Part shown: one piece after another, positions 58,039 through 64,000 of the stretch
Layout: each line of letters opens with the position of its first letter
Numbering within the stretch: position 1 is the stretch's first letter
Assembly (NCBI GenBank): GCA_050115495.1
Contig: JASFQK010000026.1
Location: 1 to 64,000 of the forward strand
Source: Phycisphaerae bacterium
GTDB lineage: Bacteria > Planctomycetota > Phycisphaerae > UBA1845 > Fen-1342
Direction: 5' to 3'
Length of the DNA stretch: 64,000 bases
Position numbers and translations under genes: made by a program
The notes under the pieces: generated by a model
What the model was told of the DNA's origin: nothing
Database searches by the model: none
The model's input: only the letters and a program-made list of their open reading frames with translations

Positions 58039-58602
58039 ATGGCGGAGCAGGAGTGCCCGTACGTCTCGCGCGGCGGGTTGAAGCTCGAGGCGGCGCTGCG
58101 TGAGTTCGGGATCGAGGTGACCAGACTGGTCTGCTGCGACCTGGGCAGCCACGTCGGGGGGTTCGTCGATTGCCTGCTGCAGCATGGGGCGGCGCGCGTG
58201 TACGCGGTGGAGCCGGGCTATGGCGTGCTCGATTACCGGCTGCGGCGCGATGCGCGGGTCGTGTTGTTCGAGCGCACGAACGCGCTGAGCTTCGTCTGCC
58301 CCGAGCCCGGCGACCTGGTTACGATCGATGTCGGCTGGACGGCGCAGCGGCTCGTTCTGCCGGCGGCTCGGCGATGCCTGAAGCCGGACGGCGGTCGAAT
58401 CATCACGCTGGTCAAGCCGCAGTATGAGGCTCCGCGGGAGTGGCTCAGTCACGGGGTGCTACCCGCCGAACGGTGCCCGGAAGTGCTGGCGACGTGTCGG
58501 GCGGACGTGCAGCAGTTGGGCTGGACGATCGCGGGTGAGATGGAGAGCCCGTTGCGGGGGCATGGGGGGAATGTTGAGTATCTGTGGTTGTTGCGCGGGT
58601 GA
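58039..58602 (+). CDS. tlyA: TlyA-like RNA methyltransferase lacking the S4 domain
   Basis: YVSRGGLKL, DLGSHVGGFVDCLLQHGA, ERTNA, LVKPQYE, ESPLRGHGGNVEYL. Confidence 0.85.
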   Translation: MAEQECPYVSRGGLKLEAALREFGIEVTRLVCCDLGSHVGGFVDCLLQHGAARVYAVEPGYGVLDYRLRRDARVVLFERTNALSFVCPEPGDLVTIDVGWTAQRLVLPAARRCLKPDGGRIITLVKPQYEAPREWLSHGVLPAERCPEVLATCRADVQQLGWTIAGEMESPLRGHGGNVEYLWLLRG

Positions 58603-58611
58603 GGGGGGCGG

Positions 58612-58696
58612 AGGATCAGAGGATCAAAGGGGCAAAGGATCAAAGGGGGAGAGCGCTCCCCCATCTGCCCCTATGTTCCTTTGATCCTTTGACCCT
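58612..58696. repeat. Inverted octamer arrays (GGATCAAA-like / TTTGATCC-like)
   Basis: GGATCAGA GGATCAAA GGGGCAAA GGATCAAA...CCTTTGATCCTTTGACCC; related array at ~63957-63996. Confidence 0.75.
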
Positions 58697-58707
58697 GCCG
58701 CGCCCAA

Positions 58708-58760
58708 GACGTCGGCCACGGGGGGCCGACGCTACGTCCGGTGCAGAGCCCGGCCGCTAC
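58708..58760 (-). repeat. REP doublet
   Basis: GACGTCGGCCACGGGGGGCCGACGCTAC plus GTCCGGTGCAGAGCCCGGCCGCTAC. Confidence 0.85.
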
Positions 58761-58762
58761 GG

Positions 58763-59992
58763 CTAGGCTTTCTCCTTGCCCCAAAGCTGGGCCAGCTCGG
58801 TCAGCATCTTCACCGCCGACTCCATCTGCTCGAGGCAGGCGAATTCGAGCGGGGAGTGGAAGTTGTGCATGCCGGTCGAGAGGTTCGGTGTGGGCAGGCC
58901 CATCTCACTGAGCCGCGAGCCGTCGGTGCCGCCACGAATGGAGGCGAATTTCGGCGGGACGCCGATGTTCTTGAAGGCCTGCTCGGCGAGCTTGACGGCG
59001 CGGGGCTCCTGGTTGAGGGCCTCGACCATGTTGCGGTACTGCTTGGTGACCTCGACGTTGATCTTGACCCGCGGCCAGTCCTTCTCGGTGGCGGCGGCGA
59101 GCTCCTTGAGGATCGCGGCCTGCTTGGGCAGCTCGTTGCTGTCGAAGCTGCGGAGGAGGATCTTGATGCGGGCCTCGGGGACGCCGCCTTCGAGCACGTA
59201 CGGATGCAGGAAGCCGTCGCGGTCCTTGGTGGCCTCGGGCGACATCTCACGCGGCAGGCGGGAGAGGAAGTCGCCGGTGACACGGATGGCGTTGACCATC
59301 TTGCCGAAGGCCAGGCCGGGGTGGATGTTGACGCCGGTGATCGTGACGGTGGCCAGGTCGGCGGAGAAGGTCTCGTTTTCGAGCTCGCCGGCACCTTCGC
59401 CGTCGAGCGTGTAGGCGCACTGGGCGTTGATGGCCTTGATGTCGACCTTGTCGGTGCCGCGGCCGACTTCCTCGTCGGTGGTGAAGACGACGCGGATGGG
59501 GCCGTGCTTGATGTTCGGGTTGGCCATCAGGTGGGCGGCGGTCGTCATGATGACCGCCACACCGGCCTTGTCGTCGGCGCCGAGCAGCGTGGTGCCGTCG
59601 GCGGTGATGACGGTTTTGCCCTTGAGCTCGGCCAGGCCCTTGGTCTCGGCGACCTTGATGACCTTGGACTTGTCGGCGGGGAGGGTGATGTCGCCGCCGT
59701 CGTAGTTCTTAATGATATTGGGCTTGACGTCCTTGCCGCTGGCCTCCGGCGAGGTGTCCATGTGGGCGAGCCAGGCGATGGTCGGGGCGCCCTCGACGTT
59801 GCCGGGGATCGTGCCCATGACGATGCCGAACTCGGAGGTGTTCACGTCCTGGAGGCCGAGGGCCTTCATCTCTTCGGCGAGGATCTTGCCGAGCTCGAAT
59901 TGGCCGGGGCAGCTCGGATACTTGACGGGCTCCTCGACGGCGGTGGTGTCGACCTTGACGTAACGGCAGAAACGATCGAGCAACGTGTCCAC
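58763..59992 (-). CDS. pepT: Peptidase T (tripeptide aminopeptidase, M20B)
   Basis: AHMDTSP, LLGADDKAG, FTTDEEVGRG, HPG, IRGGTDGSRLS, HNFHS; GGAGG before GTG. Confidence 0.96.
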   Translation of the reverse strand: MDTLLDRFCRYVKVDTTAVEEPVKYPSCPGQFELGKILAEEMKALGLQDVNTSEFGIVMGTIPGNVEGAPTIAWLAHMDTSPEASGKDVKPNIIKNYDGGDITLPADKSKVIKVAETKGLAELKGKTVITADGTTLLGADDKAGVAVIMTTAAHLMANPNIKHGPIRVVFTTDEEVGRGTDKVDIKAINAQCAYTLDGEGAGELENETFSADLATVTITGVNIHPGLAFGKMVNAIRVTGDFLSRLPREMSPEATKDRDGFLHPYVLEGGVPEARIKILLRSFDSNELPKQAAILKELAAATEKDWPRVKINVEVTKQYRNMVEALNQEPRAVKLAEQAFKNIGVPPKFASIRGGTDGSRLSEMGLPTPNLSTGMHNFHSPLEFACLEQMESAVKMLTELAQLWGKEKA

Positions 59993-60310
59993 GACAAACC
60001 TCCAGGTGGCAGGACCTTGGTTCTTTCCGGGTCGGCACAGGGCCGCCTTGCGGGTCGGCGGGCGCGGCCGTGCCGGCAGGGCCCGGGGCGTCGCCAGAGA
60101 CAGGGTAGCGGGGCGGGGCGGTTGAGGCAAATGGGGCCGACGGGTTGGGCGTCGCCGGGGGGCGGTTGGGCAGGGCGGGCTTGTGTTGGGGGGGCTGCGC
60201 GGCTAGCTTTACACGATCTCCACTTGGGAGAGCCGCGTTGATCGTGGGGGGTGTTTCCGCGGCCGCGGCGGCGCGGCGGCCGCAGTCGAGGCAGAAGGAA
60301 CCACAAGCCC

Positions 60311-63300
60311 ATGAGCGAGAAGAAGGACAACCAGTCGGCGAGCCCGAAGAGCCCGCTCAGCGAGATCGTGCAGCCGTTCATCGACCTGATTCATGCCCCG
60401 CGGGCGCTGTGGGGGATCAACCTCGCCTACGTCATCGAGGGCATGGCCTACTTCGGGATGCTCGGCTACCTGACGATCTATTGCTCGGAGTACATCTTCC
60501 AGGCCATCGACGGGGCCGACGAGGCGGCCCACTACATGGTCATGGTGCTCACCGCGGGCATCACGATCGCCATGTTCTTCCTGGGCGTGGTGGCGGATAA
60601 GCGGGGCGTGCGCTTCGCCCTGATTGCGGCATTTATATTGATGTTGATTGGCCGCGTTATCTGGGCGGGCGGGCCGAATCTGTTCGGGTTGGAGCCAACG
60701 CGGCCCAGCGTGATGGCCGGGGATAAGGTCACGCTGCACGTGACGCAGGTCGACACCCGGTATGGCAACAAAACCATCACCGCGGCCACCGTCCTGGGGA
60801 ATCAGCCTGACGCGGTGGATGTCATACACGATCTGACCATAGACCTCTCGGAGGGTGCCGGCGTCGAGCCCGGCGAGGCGCTTGAGTCGAAGGTCGTACG
60901 GATTGGGCAGGCCGAGATCATCAGCGGCAGCGACGAAGACTGGAAGATCCGCTATGGCACGCCGCCGGTCACGGCCATGGCCCGGATTCGCGGGGCCGAC
61001 AAGCTGCTGCTCCGGCCGGGCGCGCGGATCTCCATCGACCACGCGTACGTGGCCCGGCACGACGAGGAGAGGAAGCCGGATCCGAACAAGAAGCCGACAT
61101 TGGCTCCTGGGGCGAGGGTCGCCATCCAGCGCGGCACAGTCGTCAAGAAGGAAGGCAAGGACGAGTACGCCATCAAGATCCAGTGGCCCGACGACGTCGT
61201 CCAGGTTGACCTGTCCAACGCCAAGCCCACGGCGGACTACGTTATCCGCACGCACTGGGTGAGCGACATCGCCGCGGTCAACACATTCCTGCCCGACCTC
61301 GCCGCCGGCGACGGAACCGAGCTCAGCGCTGACCTGGAGTCCAAGGAGGTGTCGCTGAGCGAGGCCACGCTCACCAAGGGCAAGGGCGGTGAGTGGGTGA
61401 TCGAGTACGGCGGAAAGCGGATTACGGCGGATCTGTCGATCGGCGGCGATAAGGCCGGAACGGTCGACGACCGGCTATTGCCAGACCTTGCCACCGACGA
61501 CGGGGTGCCATTGCAGGAGGAGCACCTCGGGAAATCGGTTCAGGTCAGCAAGGCTACGTTGACCGAACGCACTGGTGAGGACTGGCTGATCACGTACGGT
61601 GTGGAGCAGGTCAAGGCACGCTTGCACATTCGCTCTGCCAAGCACGCCCCGCTCGGCCCGGGCGCCGCCATTGCGCTGCGCCGGGCGAAGGTCGTCCGGG
61701 GTAGTGGTGAGGATGATTTCGTTCTGAACGTGACTTGGCCGGAGAACTTCAGCAACCTCGATACGTTCGGCTGTGCCGAGCCCCCGACGCGGGGAATCGT
61801 TACACGCGACGAGCGTGACCTGAAGGTCACGACGCGACCCGCGGCTCCGCCGGACGGGCAGGCGCCGAGCGACGCCAAGACTGTCACGATTGCCGAGCTA
61901 CGCGAGCTGCCGGACGGCCGGGTCAACGTCGTTCTCAGGGACGTGGACGTGACCTACGTGCGTAACGGCGGCTACATGCTCCAGGAGGATAGGGAAGGGC
62001 CGGCCGTCGCCGTGCTGGTGAACCCCACCGGCTCGCCGCTCCAGATCGTCACTCTCCTGGGCATGTTGCTGGTCGTCATTGGCTACGGCATGTACCAGCC
62101 GGCCGCGTATGCCGGCGTGCGGAAGTTCACGACACCGAAGACGGCAGCGATGGGTTTCGCCATGCTCTACGCCCTGATGAACCTCGGCGGTTGGCTACCG
62201 TCGTTCGCCTTCCTGCTGCGCGATGAGGACTATGCGGGCCTGGGGATTCCGGGCGTGTACTGGGTGTACGCCGGCTTCACGGTCATCGCCCTGCTGTGCA
62301 CGTTCTTCATCCTCAGCCCGCGCACCGTGGCCGAGGCCGAGAAGACGGCCAAGGAGGAAACGGCCCGCATCAAAGCTGAGGAGAAGGCCAAGGAACCGGC
62401 TGACGAGAAGGGTGGCGCGGAGGAGTCGAACGCCACCGCCCCGACGAACAGCGCCAACGGCAACGGCGACGGCTACATCAAGCCGCACATGTGGCTGTTC
62501 TGGGTGGGCGCGATGCTGTTGTTCCTGTTCAAGGGCGAATCGCCCTGGTGCTACAGCCCGGCGGAGCTCGCCAAGGAATGGGCGACGGCGGGCCTGGCGT
62601 CCATGGTCGTGTGGCGCTATATCCTGGCCGGGCTGGTCTTCATTTCGCCGGTGTTCATCGGGGCCATACCGGCGGCGCGGCGCTGGGTGGCGCGACATCC
62701 GCTGGAGAACAGCAAGTTCGCGTTCTTCATCTTCGCCCTGATCCCTGTCCAGACGCTCTTCACGTACAACTGGCTCGTGCTGCCGCCGTACATCAAGCGG
62801 GCGTACGAAGGCTGGATCGGCGACTACTTCGAGATCGCGGCGAACGCCAACCCGATTCTGATTTTCATCGCCGTCCCGATCATCACGGCGATGACGCAGA
62901 AGCGGCGCGTGTACAACATGATGATCATCGGTACGTTCGTCATGGCGGCGCCGGCGTTCCTGCTGGTGATCGGCCCGTACTGGTGGACGCTGGCCGCATA
63001 CATCACGATCATGACCGTCGGCGAGGCCATGTGGCAGCCGCGCTTCCTGCAATACGCCGCCGAGATCGCCCCCGAGGGCCGCACCGGCGAGTACATGGGT
63101 GTGGCTCAGTTCCCATGGTTCCTGACCAAGGTGCTGGTGCCGCTGCTCTACTCGGGCAAGATGATGGACCGCTTCTGCCCGGCCGAGGGGCCGAAGAACA
63201 CCGAGGCGATGTGGTTCATCTTCGGCTGTATCGCGATGGTGTCGTGCGTGCTGCTGATCCTGGCCAAGGGCTGGGTCGGCAAGGACTTCAAGACGAAGCA

Positions 63301-63313
63301 CGAAGGCGCGTAA
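60311..63313 (+). CDS. POT/PTR-like MFS peptide transporter with a large periplasmic insertion
   Basis: TM1 VIEGMAYFG, ADKRG, GFAMLYALMNLGG, NPILIF, VGEAMWQP, APEGRTGEYMG; ~440-aa hydrophilic insert. Confidence 0.85.
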   Translation: MSEKKDNQSASPKSPLSEIVQPFIDLIHAPRALWGINLAYVIEGMAYFGMLGYLTIYCSEYIFQAIDGADEAAHYMVMVLTAGITIAMFFLGVVADKRGVRFALIAAFILMLIGRVIWAGGPNLFGLEPTRPSVMAGDKVTLHVTQVDTRYGNKTITAATVLGNQPDAVDVIHDLTIDLSEGAGVEPGEALESKVVRIGQAEIISGSDEDWKIRYGTPPVTAMARIRGADKLLLRPGARISIDHAYVARHDEERKPDPNKKPTLAPGARVAIQRGTVVKKEGKDEYAIKIQWPDDVVQVDLSNAKPTADYVIRTHWVSDIAAVNTFLPDLAAGDGTELSADLESKEVSLSEATLTKGKGGEWVIEYGGKRITADLSIGGDKAGTVDDRLLPDLATDDGVPLQEEHLGKSVQVSKATLTERTGEDWLITYGVEQVKARLHIRSAKHAPLGPGAAIALRRAKVVRGSGEDDFVLNVTWPENFSNLDTFGCAEPPTRGIVTRDERDLKVTTRPAAPPDGQAPSDAKTVTIAELRELPDGRVNVVLRDVDVTYVRNGGYMLQEDREGPAVAVLVNPTGSPLQIVTLLGMLLVVIGYGMYQPAAYAGVRKFTTPKTAAMGFAMLYALMNLGGWLPSFAFLLRDEDYAGLGIPGVYWVYAGFTVIALLCTFFILSPRTVAEAEKTAKEETARIKAEEKAKEPADEKGGAEESNATAPTNSANGNGDGYIKPHMWLFWVGAMLLFLFKGESPWCYSPAELAKEWATAGLASMVVWRYILAGLVFISPVFIGAIPAARRWVARHPLENSKFAFFIFALIPVQTLFTYNWLVLPPYIKRAYEGWIGDYFEIAANANPILIFIAVPIITAMTQKRRVYNMMIIGTFVMAAPAFLLVIGPYWWTLAAYITIMTVGEAMWQPRFLQYAAEIAPEGRTGEYMGVAQFPWFLTKVLVPLLYSGKMMDRFCPAEGPKNTEAMWFIFGCIAMVSCVLLILAKGWVGKDFKTKHEGA

Positions 63314-63335
63314 CGCTGCGGGAGATGACGGCCGG

Positions 63336-63722
63336 TCAGGCGGTTGTCGGCGGGTCGGGACGGTAGCTGGCGAAGCAGCCGGGCTCTTCCTCGACCTCGA
63401 CGCACGCCGGCGTGAGGCCGATCATCTCGTGGGCGGCGGCCATCTGCTCGGCTACGTACACGGCGACGAGCTCGGCGGAGGGGTCGCGCTCGCGGAACGG
63501 CGGCAGGTCGTTCAGGTCACGCTCGTGCAGCGTGGCGACGATTTCCTGCAACCGGGAGCGCACGGCGGCGAAGTCGACCAACAGACCCATCTCATTCAGG
63601 TGCGGGCCGGCGTAGGTGACCTTCAGTCGCCAGTTGTGCCCGTGCCGCGGCTCCCATGTGCCATCCGGCAGCCGCAGCCGGTGCGCCGCCGAGAACCAGC
63701 CGGTAACCGCAACTTCGAACAT
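63336..63722 (-). CDS. 6-pyruvoyl-tetrahydropterin synthase family protein (QueD-like; PTPS-III signature)
   Basis: FSAAHRL...WEPRHGHNW, DF..V, LND, PSAELVA, VEEEPG. Confidence 0.88.
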   Translation of the reverse strand: MFEVAVTGWFSAAHRLRLPDGTWEPRHGHNWRLKVTYAGPHLNEMGLLVDFAAVRSRLQEIVATLHERDLNDLPPFRERDPSAELVAVYVAEQMAAAHEMIGLTPACVEVEEEPGCFASYRPDPPTTA

Positions 63723-64000
63723 CGCTTCCTGCCTCGACCTGGGCCGCGGGAGCCGACGCGAGTCGGCCCGGCGGACGTGCGGCGGTCACCGCTGCGGCAC
63801 CCCGGTCCGCCGGGGTGACGCCGTGCCGCCAGCACGTGGGCACGATACGGGCCCCGGTCGGCGGGCGTCAACGCGCTGGGAAATCCGGATACCCGTAGGC
63901 CGGTGGGCGGAATTCCGCCCCCGGGGCGCCTACGATAGACGTACCCGCGGGAAGTGCCTCTGTTCCTTCGCCCCTTTGTTCCTTTGCCCCTTTCCCGAGG

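Overview
GC-rich bacterial chromosomal segment. Gene content (PEP-CTERM and dockerin-like secreted proteins, CxxC membrane proteins, an FtsZ-less dcw cluster, heptamer/octamer intergenic repeats) points to Planctomycetota, probably Phycisphaerae (inference). Core genes: spoVR-family, nusA, ABC-F ATPase, trpC, guaB, ggt, PilT/PilU, a reduced dcw cluster (mraZ-rsmH-LysM-ftsL-like-PBP-murE-murF-mraY-ftsW), tlyA-like, pepT, a POT-like transporter and a PTPS-family enzyme. Accessory segments: (i) 1-2.3 kb, tandem phage-terminase-like remnants with direct repeats and a cargo lipoprotein; (ii) 24.5-27.8 kb, a PEP-CTERM pseudogene, a divergent putative regulator with paired palindromes and an IS630 relic; (iii) 37.7-40.6 kb, a REP-flanked Y1 transposase next to a P-loop ATPase islet bounded by a 97-bp duplication of a radical SAM gene's 3' end. 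The strongest candidates for novelty are the POT-like transporter with a ~440-aa repetitive periplasmic insertion, the ATPase islet, the terminase-remnant cassette arrangement and a co-oriented, covarying GTAG-REP family. All family assignments come from motif recognition by eye; no database search was run.
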